From: a virus
Taxonomy: Duplodnaviria; Caudoviricetes
Direction: 5' to 3' (one strand)
IMG/VR virus record: IMGVR_UViG_3300029288_001872
Span: 32,001-96,000 of that record
DNA: 64,000 nt
In this document: in pieces, positions 39,634 to 51,800 of the stretch
Layout: each line of letters begins with the position of its first letter
Numbering within the stretch: position 1 is the stretch's first letter
Program-made: the position numbers and the translations under genes
The notes under the pieces: generated by a model
Databases searched by the model: none
The model's input: only the letters and a program-made list of their open reading frames with translations
Told to the model about the DNA's origin: nothing

Positions 39634-42600
39634 ATGGCAACAATATTTGATGGTTTTGATTTCACAGAATTATACACTGCCTATAATCTTGAACTTTGTC
39701 CAGATGAAGAAATAGCAGAAAACAATCTAGAAGATTTAACTGATTATCCTGCAAAAGCCATACAAGAATATTTGGATTGGGTATTAAAAATTTCTATGGG
39801 TGGTTTAAGAAATACTGGTTCTGGTCCACAAAGAATATTACAAGAAGCTGCATTTGATTTACGTTTATTTTTAATCGCATTGGCAGATGATTTGGACAGC
39901 GGTTGGGGTTATCACGGACCTGTATTTCGTGGTTTATCACAAGTGAAAGATGACTGGTCTATGATTCAAATGGCAGTTGGTTTAATACCATCTATGTGGA
40001 GTTAAAAATGAATATTAAAAAAATCACAACACAAGAAATTTCCTACGGATTTGGCGAACCATGTTGCAGAGATTTACAATCTCATATTCATGCTGGTTCT
40101 ATACGAATAGAAACTATTGCAGAACATGGGACTAGTAAAAAAGTTTGGTCTATAGTATTTATGAAAAGCAAAATTAATTTTTGTCCATTCTGTAGTGAAA
40201 AATTTGAGTTGGGTGAATAAAAATGACTAACTTTAAAGAAATTAAATTAACTAAAGGAAAATTAAAAGGCAAGACAGCAATATTTGAAACAGAAGGCAAA
40301 ACAGTACAGATATGTTGCCAGAATTGTGGTTACACAGATTGGCAAACTTTCTTTATCAAAACATTTGGCGTCAGAGACATAGGAAGAAATTGTCCAGAAT
40401 GTGGCTCTGAATTATGGTTTGATGAATAATAAATACTATACTATACTAATTTAGTAGGAATTAAATAAATGATTAAAAACCCAATAACTAAAAAACCACC
40501 TTTAGATGAAACCCCAAGAAACAAATCTGGAAAAAAGAAACGAAGAGAAACTGTTTGCGAAGATAAAAGGCGTGGATTAAATTGTCATATTTGTGGGTCT
40601 GACAATATCGTTTATGAAGTTTTAGGTTGGTGTGAAGTTTGTGATAAAGAAACTTTCAATATTACTCTGCAAGAAATGTATTGGAGATTTAATTGGGATG
40701 AAATAGAATCGCCATGTAATTGTAATGATATTCAATATAAAGAATATAAATTAAGAAGACGATGGAAGAAAAATCCTAGACATTATGATTCAATCAAAGT
40801 GTGCCTAACTTGTAATAGTATGGAAGCAAAAACTTGTCCTAATTGTCATGGAAATTGTTGGACTTCGCCATTCGGAGAAAAAAGATGCAGCAGTTGTGGC
40901 TATAGGCATAAAGGGTATAAAAAGGAGAAGTTATGACAGACCCGCCAATCCACCTCCCGCCTTCACAAGACCCTTACAGTGAGCCGTCTGTTCATGCAGA
41001 GGTGTGGCTCCCACAATCTAATCTTGATGGTCTTCACGCGCTGTTGCAATGGCTTGACGGCTATGAAAGCGCCAAAAGCGGAAATATACCTGGACATTTT
41101 GAATTGATAAGCCATTTTCGACAATTGAAGTCGAGTATTTCTGCTTTGAACAAAAAAGATAAATAAATGGCTTATCAAATCACATATCTCATCATAGGTT
41201 TATTTATTGCTTATCTATTTTCTCGTTACACTTTTAGGCAACTTTCACCATGCAGTTTTGAAGATTGTATCGTGGTAGGAATTTCTTTTATTGTAGGTTT
41301 ATTTTTATGGCCAGCTATATTAGGATTTGTACTAATTGGTGGTATTATTTGGGTTATAAAAGAATATTCGTAATGAAGTCTATAAATACCAAAACCCACC
41401 ATATTTTTAAAACCAATTTCAACAAATGAATAAAAAGCGGTTTGGTCATGAATAAAAGACAACGCAAAAAGAAGAAAAAGAAATTTATCAGAGGTACATT
41501 ACTACCGCCTGGGAAAACACATAAGTCTAAAAAAGACTATAACAGGAAAAATAAAAAACAGATAGAGGAGGAATGAAGATGCAAAAATCTATATGTGGAA
41601 CTCCCACACACAAATTAAAACAAGTAGAACCGTTTTTTTATAAAATATGTGAAAAATGTATGATGAAATTTAAACAAGAATTTGGATGGAAATATAAGAA
41701 ATACAGAGGCGATATCTCTCGTTATTTATGTGCTCGGTGCGCTCCAACAGAACAAGAAGCCAGAAGTTATTTTTTAACAGAACGTCCAAACTTCCCAAAT
41801 TGGATGTTATGTGATGATTAAAAAGATAGAGGAGGAATGAAAATGAAAACCAAACTAGGTGATGTATCAGTAGGAGCATATAGTAGTAAAGAGGGAGCGT
41901 GGGAAGAACTTCAAAGTTTTCTTAATGAGAATGAAATTAAAGTTACCTCAGAAATGGAAAAGAATTTTCAAGAATTTCTATTTATAGGTTATGAAGTTAT
42001 TTTAAATGTGACAATTTATGATGATGGAACTTTTGAAGTTACAGATATTGATTATGGTGGAAAAACTTACAAGAAGGGAAAATAAAATGCGAACTCCAAA
42101 AGATGAATTTTGTCTTAATGAATTGAACAGGAATAAACCCACCAGTCCAAAGCCAAGCGAACCGCCAAAAGGACAAAAAACAGATCAAACTAATAAAGGA
42201 GAACTAATTAAAATGACCAAAGAATACGTTTTTGAAATTTACGGACCACCAGAAATTTTAAACGATACAATGGAAAAGAAACTAAACACAATAGCAGAAA
42301 AATACAATGGTGAATGGTTTAATTTCGGCACTGCTTTTGATGGTGATATGTCACAAAGAGACATAGATTGGTTCTTCAAATCAGTCAAAGACAGAAGCAA
42401 ATTCAAGAAAGAAGTTGAGAAAATATTCAAAACCGATGAAGTGTTTTTTAATATATATACTGATGAGGTGTGAAAGATGAATGAAACTGAACTTATAATC
42501 GCAAATAAAGGAACAATATCTGAATACTTCTGTAATGATTGCGGTCAATTAAGATTACCCTTCAAACCAAAAGCAGATATTTGTGGAAATTGTGGTAAAA

Positions 42601-42858
42601 CAAATTTAATTATAGGTGAAGTCAATTCTCTAAACAAAGAACAACTTAAAGAAGAATGGAGATTAAGAAATGAGTAAAAACTTAACCTTTAAATATATTT
42701 GTTATGGCGGAACAATGGTTAAGAGAATTAACTTTGAGTCTTATGAGCAATATTATCAATGTCCTCATGCTAGTGATGAACTAAATGGTTTTCCTGCTTG
42801 CAAAACTTGTGATGGTAAGTTAGAAGGAACGGTTGATATAAAAATAATGTATAAATGA
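39634..42858 (+). CDS. Run of small hypothetical proteins, many with CxxC zinc ribbons
   Basis: Tightly packed + strand ORFs with RBS. Confidence 0.55.
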
Positions 42859-44130
42859 TTTTAATTATTATCTCAATTATAATGAGGGGACAATAATGAG
42901 TGAAGGAGATTATCTACCAAAAAGCGATATGCCTTTTGCTGGAAAATTTAAACCGATACCAAGTCATCTATTTGATAAATACAAAAAGAGCCGCGATAGA
43001 ATTTTAATTCTCACTGATATTTTATTGCAAGAAAAATGAATTATTGGCGATGTAACACATACAAGAATTAATATCTTTTGTAAAACAAGTTAGACCAAAA
43101 CTGTTTACTACTATAAAATAAATATTGCTGCCATTCATGTGGTATTAATAAGAAACGTAACGAGGTTATATGTAAAAACCACCCAATATTTTTTTAAGGC
43201 AAGATGTAAGTGTGTAAAATCATAGATGAAATAGAAAAGGGCTACTAGTATAAGTCTACATTGTGAACTGCCCCTCTCGGTCGTATGGCCGTGGCTTCTC
43301 GGGGTTGGTCACGCCGTAGGCCCCTGGTCCTGGCAAACCCACGTCCAGCCTGCCTTTGCGCCCCTTTCACCTTTACTCAATCCTATCTCTTATCCTTTAT
43401 CATATCTTATCAATCAATCTTTACACTAGTGCACCTATGCCCATATCATTCTAACCATAGGCCGTTATCCCTTGCCTACCTACCAGCTTGGTACCTATCT
43501 ATCATCCTTGCCTATCATTTAAACATTATATGTCATACCTCATTATGGCCTATCATATGCATCATGCAAGAAGTTTACCAAGTTAGCTGGTTATCTATCC
43601 CTATCTTGCCATATATCCCTTTATCCTGAGTAGTCTTTAAACCTATTCTAAGGCTGATGGTAAGGTTTTTTCTAGAAACTTGATAGATAGACTAGGTCTA
43701 GGTCTATTTTAAACATTTTACCTATCTATATGATATTGTTGGATAATCATGAATTGATATATTCATAGTGGTATGTTATCCCTATTTTATGACAGGTTAG
43801 TGAATTATCCAATATGTTTAGATAGTTATGGTTTATTTGTTATGAAAATTTTTTATTGATATGATGATATGAAATATATGGTTTTCAAGGAGTTATTAGT
43901 ATGATATGATTATATATTCTTTTGGTAGGATATAGTTAATTCATAGTTAATTGGTATGATATCCTTTGCTCTATCCCTTGTCTAGTGCTCTATCCTGATA
44001 ACCTCTTGCCTATCCATCCTATCGGTTATCATCATATCAGCTTGCCTATGGCCGTCTAGTGGTCTTATGGCGTATGTCTAATCATGGGTTATCTTGATAT
44101 AAATTATTTTCATATATATGCATTATTTTC

Positions 44131-44159
44131 TTGACAAGCATATATTCATGATTTATAGT
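44131..44159 (+). promoter_or_regulatory. Early sigma70 promoter in the first duplicated block
   Basis: TTGACA-N17-TATAGT. Confidence 0.65.
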
Positions 44160-44185
44160 ATATTTAAATTAACGATAAGGAGAGT

Positions 44186-44365
44186 ATGAATATGAAAACT
44201 TTAGAAACTATGAATTTGGTATCAAAAACCTTGCCGCGCAAGTTTATCAAGATTAACGTTTGCGCCATTCGTGGTTCTGTTACCTGGGAAAAGCTTTTAC
44301 GCGGCCAGTCAATTTATGATTATATAACAGGTATCACCTATTCCCGGAAGGACTGGGGCTGGTAA
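44186..44365 (+). CDS. Small monocistronic early protein (59 aa)
   Basis: RBS AAGGAG; MNMKTLETMNLVSK...RKDWGW; has its own promoter and terminator. Confidence 0.55.
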   Translation: MNMKTLETMNLVSKTLPRKFIKINVCAIRGSVTWEKLLRGQSIYDYITGITYSRKDWGW

Positions 44366-44390
44366 ACTAACAATCCTCTTGCAAGGCTAA

Positions 44391-44422
44391 CCCCGGTATC
44401 TTGATTGATACCGGGGTTTTTT
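44391..44422 (+). terminator. Intrinsic terminator
   Basis: CCCCGGTATC/GATACCGGGG + T6. Confidence 0.85.
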
Positions 44423-44654
44423 ATTGTCTTAATTCGTCTTTCATATTCTTTACAAGTTAATATCTATCAGTTATCATCTTATCGCTTGCCTATAGCCGTT
44501 TAGTGACCTTATGGCGTATGTATACCTATGGTTAGCAAGGGTTATCTGCATATAAATTTATTTTCATATATATTCTTTTTTTTTCTTGACAAGATATCTG
44601 AATTCCTATACTTATATATCATCTATGTAATTAAATTCAGATAAAGGAAAAATC

Positions 44655-45926
44655 ATGATTAATTATGAATCTTGCGAATGCTGTAAACAAATTACTTTTT
44701 TAACTGATTTATATCAAGAGGTTGAAAGTGATATGCTTTGCAATGAATGTTTTAATGAGACGGCTTGTGAATGTTATGAATGCAATGAAAAATTTTACCG
44801 GGAAAATTGCAATGAGATAGAAGGAAAATTCTATTGTGAATCATGCTATAATGATAATTTTGTTACTTGTGAAAATTGTAATGAAATTATCAATATAGAT
44901 GATAGTTTATATTCTGAATTAATGGAAAAAACACTATGCGAATCATGTTTTAATGATTCGCATATAACTTGTAATTATTGTAATAAAGTAATTTTATCTT
45001 CTGAAGCACAAGAAGGTTGCTGCGATGAATGTTTTAATGAAAATTATTTTATATGTGATAATTGTGGGGAAGCTATTCATTCTGATTATTTATATTATCA
45101 TGAAAGAAGTGAAAGATATTTATGTGAATCATGTTACCCCAATAGAAACGATGATATTCATGATTATGGTTATAAGCCTAGTCCTATATTTCATGGCAAT
45201 AAAGGCGAATTCTATGGAATAGAACTAGAAACTGATAAATATAATGATATAGATAATGCTGCTGAAGAGTTATGCGAATTAAGCAATAATGAAAATGATT
45301 TTTATTTAAAAGAGGACGGATCATTAAATAATGGAATTGAAATAGTTTTTCACCCTAGAAATATCAATTCGTGGATAAATTATCAAGATGATTTACAATT
45401 GATATGTAAAGAAGTAACAAATAATGGGGGAAAGTCTTTTAATACCGATACTTGTGGAATTCATATCCATAGAAGCAAAAAAGATATAAGTGAAATTACA
45501 ACGGCCAAATTATTATGGTTTTTTTCTATTTGTAAGAATCAGATAGTAAAAATAGCTCAGAGAAATAGCCAATACGCTAGTTTCGTATTATCTGAAAATT
45601 TATCAGGTAATGGGATAAAATATATCTATAAAGGATTAAAAAAAGATGATCATAAAATGGAAAGATATAGTGCAATTAATTTTCAGAATAGGCATACTAT
45701 AGAATTCAGAATCTTTAAAGGAACGTTGAAAATTGATACCATATATGCTTATCTTGGTTTTTCTCATTATGTCGTGGAATTCTGCAAAGTGAATTTAATG
45801 AATGAATTAATACTTGATAATAAAGAATTATGGGAAAATTTTGTTTTTTTTGTTAATTCTAGAACCAAAAAAGAGAAATTAGCGGATATACTTATCAATT
45901 ATCTTGATAAGAAAAAATTACTGTAG
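44655..45926 (+). CDS. Putative amidoligase (COOH-NH2 ligase) with N-terminal CxxC repeats
   Basis: 'YGIELE', 'KEDGSL..GIEIV', 'TCGIHIH', 'RY.AIN', 'TIEFRIF.GT'. Confidence 0.8.
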   Translation: MINYESCECCKQITFLTDLYQEVESDMLCNECFNETACECYECNEKFYRENCNEIEGKFYCESCYNDNFVTCENCNEIINIDDSLYSELMEKTLCESCFNDSHITCNYCNKVILSSEAQEGCCDECFNENYFICDNCGEAIHSDYLYYHERSERYLCESCYPNRNDDIHDYGYKPSPIFHGNKGEFYGIELETDKYNDIDNAAEELCELSNNENDFYLKEDGSLNNGIEIVFHPRNINSWINYQDDLQLICKEVTNNGGKSFNTDTCGIHIHRSKKDISEITTAKLLWFFSICKNQIVKIAQRNSQYASFVLSENLSGNGIKYIYKGLKKDDHKMERYSAINFQNRHTIEFRIFKGTLKIDTIYAYLGFSHYVVEFCKVNLMNELILDNKELWENFVFFVNSRTKKEKLADILINYLDKKKLL

Positions 45927-46294
45927 GCTGGTGCCTGTAGGCTATGCCTGTAGGCTATGCCTGTAGGCTGGTGCCTGTAGGCTGGTGCCTGTAGGCTATG
46001 CCTGTAGGCTATGCCTGTAGGCTGGTGCCTGTAGGCTGGTGCCTGTAGGCTATGCCTGTAGGCCATGCCTGTAGGCCATGCCTGTAGGCCATGCCTGTAG
46101 GCCATGCCTGTAGGCCATGCCTGTAGGCCATGCCTGTAGGCCATGCCTGTAGGCCATGCCATGAGGCTGGTGCCTGTAGGCTGGTGCCTGTAGGCTATGC
46201 CTGTAGGCCATGCCTGTAGGCCATGCCTGTAGGCCATGCCTGTAGGCCATGCCTGTAGGCCATGCCTGTAGGCCATGCCATGAGGCCGGTGCCT
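45921..46294 (+). repeat. Tandem array of 28 units of 13-14 bp, core GCCTGTAGGC
   Basis: Linkers TGGT/TAT/CAT; two GCCATGAGGC variants. Confidence 0.95.
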
Positions 46295-46368
46295 CAGAAC
46301 CAAGTTAATAAAAGGCAAATTTATCGCTTATATAAAAGGTCAATTTATCGCTTAAAGGAGAAATCATC

Positions 46369-47148
46369 ATGTGCATAGCAATTTATAAACCAAAAGGGAA
46401 AACTATCGAAGAAAAGACTTTAAAAACTTCATGGGATAATAATAAAGACGGCGCGGGTTATATGTATAACCATAATGGATTGATAATTGGGAAAAAAGGT
46501 TTTATGACCTATCAAGAATTGATTCAAGACCTATCCGATAATAAAATAATGAAAAAGAATAAAATAGCAAAAAACATAGAAATAGTTATTCACTTCAGAA
46601 TAGCCACACATGGCGGAATTGAGCCAGGAAAATGTCATCCTTTCCCGGCAAGTGATAATATTGAAAAACTTCATTCTTTAAACTGGAAAGATAATTGTGG
46701 AATTGCTCACAATGGTATCGTCCACGAATATGCAGAGAAAAACCTTTCCGATACACAAGGTTTTATACAAAAGGTGCTTTCTTCGCCAGTTATTCTGAAT
46801 AATCTTGATAATGATTCTATAAAAGAGTTAATAAAAGAAAGTACTATCGGAAGTAAATTTGTGATAATGAATAAAGATAAGGTTTATCTTTTTGGCAATT
46901 GGATTAATGATAAAGGGGTATTTTTTTCTAATAATAGTTATATTCCTTATATCTGGAAAGATGATAAAACCGATTTACTTAACTGGAATTATGAAAATGA
47001 TCCTTTATCTTTTTGGCAAGAGGATGAGGTTAAATTAATATCTCATTGCAGCTATTTCGAGGATTGCAACGAATGCCCTTATATGGAAAATTTAGACGGT
47101 GAAAAAACCTGCATTATCTGGCGTGATCACTTAGACCTAGATTTTTAA
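46369..47148 (+). CDS. Class II glutamine amidotransferase
   Basis: N-terminal MC, 'N.DGAG', 'HFRIATHG', 'HPF', 'HNG', 'SDT'. Confidence 0.88.
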   Translation: MCIAIYKPKGKTIEEKTLKTSWDNNKDGAGYMYNHNGLIIGKKGFMTYQELIQDLSDNKIMKKNKIAKNIEIVIHFRIATHGGIEPGKCHPFPASDNIEKLHSLNWKDNCGIAHNGIVHEYAEKNLSDTQGFIQKVLSSPVILNNLDNDSIKELIKESTIGSKFVIMNKDKVYLFGNWINDKGVFFSNNSYIPYIWKDDKTDLLNWNYENDPLSFWQEDEVKLISHCSYFEDCNECPYMENLDGEKTCIIWRDHLDLDF

Positions 47149-47183
47149 AGACCTGCAAAGATTCCCATCTAGAATTCACTTTT

Positions 47184-47232
47184 CAATTTCTTTACAAGAT
47201 AGCACATATCTTGTAAAGAATTGCTATTTTTT
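47184..47232 (+). terminator. Long hairpin/terminator after the GATase gene
   Basis: TTCTTTACAAGATA/TATCTTGTAAAGAA stem followed by a T-run. Confidence 0.6.
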
Positions 47233-47936
47233 GCGTTTAATGCAGGGGTCTTAGAAAGACTCACAGGGGTATTTTAGAAAAGTTAATGGTTTCGGTAGGG
47301 GTTAAAAAATATACCTTTGTGGGCTTATGTGAGCGCGGTGGTGAAGAGATAAATTACCGATGGTCTATGGTATATGTTATCTGGGATATGGTCTATGGGA
47401 ATATAAACATTATGACCTTATGGGATATGGGATATGGGCTATGGGCTATGGTACTTTACACTTGACAAATATGTAAATCGGCGCGACAATAAAGAAAATA
47501 CTTTATAGGAGAAAATATCCATGGAAAAATTAATTGCACCTAAGAAACGGGCAAGAGCTAACCTTTATTGGGCTATTCAGAAACCAAGGGATAATCAAGA
47601 TGGTATCTTGAAATCGTTTGCAGATAAGGAAGAAAGGGATATATGGATAGCTGTAAATGAGGATAGAGAAATTATGCTGGCAGATCATGCACTTATCAGA
47701 AAGGCAAGGAAGTTATATATCCTTGATCATCCTTGTGAATTGCCTTATGATGATTGACAATTTAAAACCTCATAAACCTATCTTTTCTATCAATCCGTGG
47801 GAAAGTATAGGTCCACTAATTATCGCTTGATATGCGGGATATCTACAGCTTCTCAGGCGCATTCTACACAAAGAAAAACCCCTTGATCATCGGTAAGTGT
47901 TACCCTGTAAGTTTTCATTGTGAAATCTCCTTATAG

Positions 47937-48107
47937 TTATTTGCAATATACCTGAAAATAAATCTGGTTTTCCCATTTTTGATTGACCTTGACAAGCTTA
48001 GAAATCGCAAGGTCAAAATCATCTTTTTTGGTGAAAACCTTTTTAGCAAGGTTGACGATTTTTGCAACATCGGCCACATTTTCTAATTCCCTTACGAAAT
48101 ATTCCAT
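47937..48107 (-). CDS. Small leftward protein (56 aa) with its own promoter
   Basis: MEYFVRELEN...FQVYCK; RBS AAAGGAG; TTGACA-N17-TAAGAT at 48169-48141. Confidence 0.55.
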   Translation of the reverse strand: MEYFVRELENVADVAKIVNLAKKVFTKKDDFDLAISKLVKVNQKWENQIYFQVYCK

Positions 48108-48356
48108 ATCAATCAATCTCCTTTATCTTTAATTATCCATATCTTAAATCTTAAAAATTACCCTGTCAATAACGCTAATATCATGCCAAAGTGAATTATT
48201 TTAAAGGATAAATATATCTATATATGGGAAAGTATTCTATAGTGAAAAGGTATAGAATTAAGTATGTGATATTATTATATATTTTAAGTGATATGCATGA
48301 AACGTATGTATTGATATGTATAAATGTCGCGCTGGTTTCCGGTGAGCAGGGCCAGC

Positions 48357-48547
48357 TAGGAACAATTTGCACCCACTAATAGGAACAATTTGCACCCATT
48401 TAATTCATTCACTTAAATTCTTATCCCATTATTTATCTAATATCATTAATTTTTTTCACATATTCATAAAGTGACGTATCATTCACTTTTTATAATCATA
48501 TTCACTTTTTATAATCATATTCACTTTTTATAATCATATTCACTTTA
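48357..48547. repeat. Direct repeats: 2x TAGGAACAATTTGCACCCA and ~3.5x ATTCACTTTTTATAATCAT
   Basis: Read directly at 48357-48398 and 48481-48547. Confidence 0.9.
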
Positions 48548-48875
48548 TGAATATATCATTCACATATCTTATAATCATTCTTTTATATCCTCATATCCCT
48601 TTCTCCTCTATTCCCCCAGCTAACCTAATATCCACCTATGAATTTATTTTCAATTATTTTTCTTTAAAATAATTGATATGGTATGAATTTTGCGTTATTG
48701 ACATAGGTTTTTCCAAGGTATAAATTAGGATAAAATTCAGATAAGGAGGTTGATTATGTATAAAGTTATTTTTGGCATGATAAATGCCTTGTTAATCGGT
48801 TTATGTATATCCTTGTATCTGAAGGAATTGTTTTTAACTATCCTTTCTGCATTAACTTTTTAAAGGGGTAAGATT

Positions 48876-51800
48876 ATGAGTAAAATAAAATTAGGTTGCC
48901 GCGTTCCTACTTGTGAAGATTGTGAATTCTTTAGACTTTTGAAAGATTCTAGGAGCAAAGGGTTTTGTCTAAAAAATAGCAAAAATAATCTCAAAAACAA
49001 GTCTAATTTTATTTCTAAAAATACTGAAATTTGCCATAATAATTATGAAAAAAAATCATTTGCGGGACTAAAAATCCAATGGTAAGGAGAATTAAAATTA
49101 TGTCTCCCGAAAATTCTTTAAAGACTTTTAAAATGATACACGCGGCCAGAGAAAAAGATGATTCTGTTTTATTAAATTGTCTTTTGCATGATTTATTTAA
49201 TAACGCGGAAGAGGATTGCAGGCCGATGGTTTACAACGTGCCTGTAAATTGGCTTAAGCCTTTGCCTAGCTGTTAAAGGAGAATATACTATGAAACGATA
49301 TATCAATTTAAGATTTCAATCGGCAAATAATCAAGAGGAAAATTACAATACTATGCAAGGGGATATCTTGCGGTTTGCCGATTGTGCTCTATCTTTAAGT
49401 ATCTTTGCCGCGTTTCAAATTAACGCAAAACATAATGATCGATTGATTTTGAAAACGGAAGATGGTAATTATCATCTTACCATGATCGAAGAAATTTAAC
49501 TTTTTTCTTTTGCCATAATGTTATTATAAGTTATGGCAAATGTAAGAAGTTAAATAAAAGTAAAAGGTGAAAATATGAAAACTTATCAAGAATTAACTGA
49601 GGAGCAAAAAAGTGAAGCTAGGGAAATCGCCTTGAATGAATTATTAAAGGCGATATGTGAAGGTTACATACGTTTTAATGATTCATTAAATGGAGATGAT
49701 TTGCAGGCAAGGATTGACGCTGCGGGAGAAAAAGCTGAGGCAATGAAAACCCCTTGGTTTATGCATGAATACGTTATGGATACTTGCCGCGAAGACCTCG
49801 AAGCTATGGCCGCGGCTGATGCTGAAGATTCACTCTATCCCGAAAATGGGGAAAGAGTTATCTATCTTAAAGGAGAATAATTACCATGAAAAGGAAAATC
49901 AAAAGTTATCCCATGGGAACAGTATCACATGGGACTATGCAGGAAAGGGATTTGATACCCGCGTTTCTTGACGAATTAGACTGGCAAGTAAGGCAAAGCA
50001 AGGCGCGGGGTTATCTCAGGGAAATAAACCGCATAAGGCGCGCCGCGGATAAAGACGTTGACGATTCATATTTTCATTCTGAGACCGCGGGTTATGACCT
50101 TGAATGGTTATTCGACAAGCTGGGCGATTTTGCCGCGCCATATTTCTATTTTGGCGCGCACCCTGGAGACGGCGCGGATTATGGTTACTGGTTATCTGAA
50201 GATATGGAATATGATTTTGACGGGTTAAAAGTTTCGGACCTATCAGAAGTACCAAAAGACTACCGCGGAGAAGTTTTACATATAAATGATCATGGTAATA
50301 TGACATTATACATTAAGAATTCCCGCGGATTTAAAGAAATCTGGGGAATTGTTTAACCATCTAACCATAAAAGGAGAAATTTACCATGAATAAAGACTTA
50401 ATCAGGGAATTAGGCAAGCGTGGGATATCAATCTATAAAGCGAATTCCAAAGATATCAAAATTGCTGGCCGTGCTATTGACAAGAAAAACAAGAGGTATG
50501 AAAACCGGGAGAAAAATTAACTTTTTTCTTTTGCCATAATGTTATCATAAGTTATGGCAAATGTAAGAAGTTAAATATAAGACAGGAGAATTAAGGCAAT
50601 GAAAAAAGAAAATTTATCTTTAAAAGAAATCATCAAAACGGTAATTTCTAACGGGTTATTCGAAAACGAGGAAGAAAGTTATTTCACATGGCAAGGTTGT
50701 GATTATTGTTCTCCTGGTTTGGGTAATACCGTTTATGATTGCAAGGGATATCTTACCTTGCAAGATGCACAAGAAGACCTCGACAATTATTATGAATTCA
50801 AATTGTGCGGAGATTGCTTGTATAACCTTTGTTATGGCGAATAATTTACCCCTTGCAAGGCTATGAGACCGCGCTGGGGAACATGAAATAAACCATCTAA
50901 CCATAAGGAGCAACCTGCCATGAATTTTGACAAAAAATATAATAAATGGTTATCGGATTGCAAAGAAGAATTGAAAAATAAAGGTTTTACAAAACAAGAA
51001 ATCAAAAAGGCGGAAATATGCGAAAACGGGCAAGTCTATTTTAGCCGCGGAAGTCTTTATGACATAACTCAACCTGATTTTGTTACCCCGTGGAAAGAAT
51101 AAAATAAACCATCTATAGGAGACTTATCACAATGACATATCTGCAAAATTTCTGCAATTGGATTGACAATCTTTCCGATTTAAATTTTGCCTTAATCATC
51201 GGTTTTCTTGCCGCGCTGTTAATTGTTTCTTTATGGATAACTGATATAAAAGGAGAATAAAAGGTTAAATTATCGCATAAAAGGTTAAAAATTCGCATTT
51301 ATTTTGACAAATAAACATAATTAAAAACCTGTTACGCCATAGGTTCGTAACAGATAAAGGAGAAAATTGTTTATGAAAGATTCATTAAGTGCCTTTCGTG
51401 GTTTATTTTTTGGAGTGCTCTTAGCAACCCCTTTCTGGGCAATAATCATTTATCTGATAATAAAAGGCTAAATTATCGCATAAAGGAGAATTATCACAAT
51501 GAAAAAATCAGAAGTTGAAAACTTGTTTATTGAAAAAGGATTTATTAAAAACCGTTTCGGCCACTTTGATATAAGCACTCCCGAAACGAAGTTAAGAGCA
51601 AAATTTCAGGCCAAAAGTTTAAGAATTGAAAAGAGATATACAAGGTCCGATAATTCTAACGCGTGGGTTAATCTAGGTTCAAATTATTACAGTAAATTGG
51701 AAATCAAGAATAATAAATTAGGTCCATTTATCGGCCTTGCAAATATCAAAAGATGGTTAAATCTTGACAACCTTAAAAGGGGATAATATGACCGTAAAAG

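Noticed and set aside
43285-43629. 114-aa ORF in the non-coding tract
   Set aside because: No RBS; composition simply reflects the TATC-rich low-complexity DNA.
45899-46318. CRISPR/TIGR-like array, or the repeat-derived minus-strand ORFs
   Set aside because: No unique spacers and no cas or Nop-domain gene nearby; the ORFs are translations of the tandem repeat.
47790-47918. Short leftward ORF MKTYRV...CVECA-TGA as a selenopeptide
   Set aside because: Another stop follows within 11 codons and the sequence overlaps the ~120-bp repeat element.
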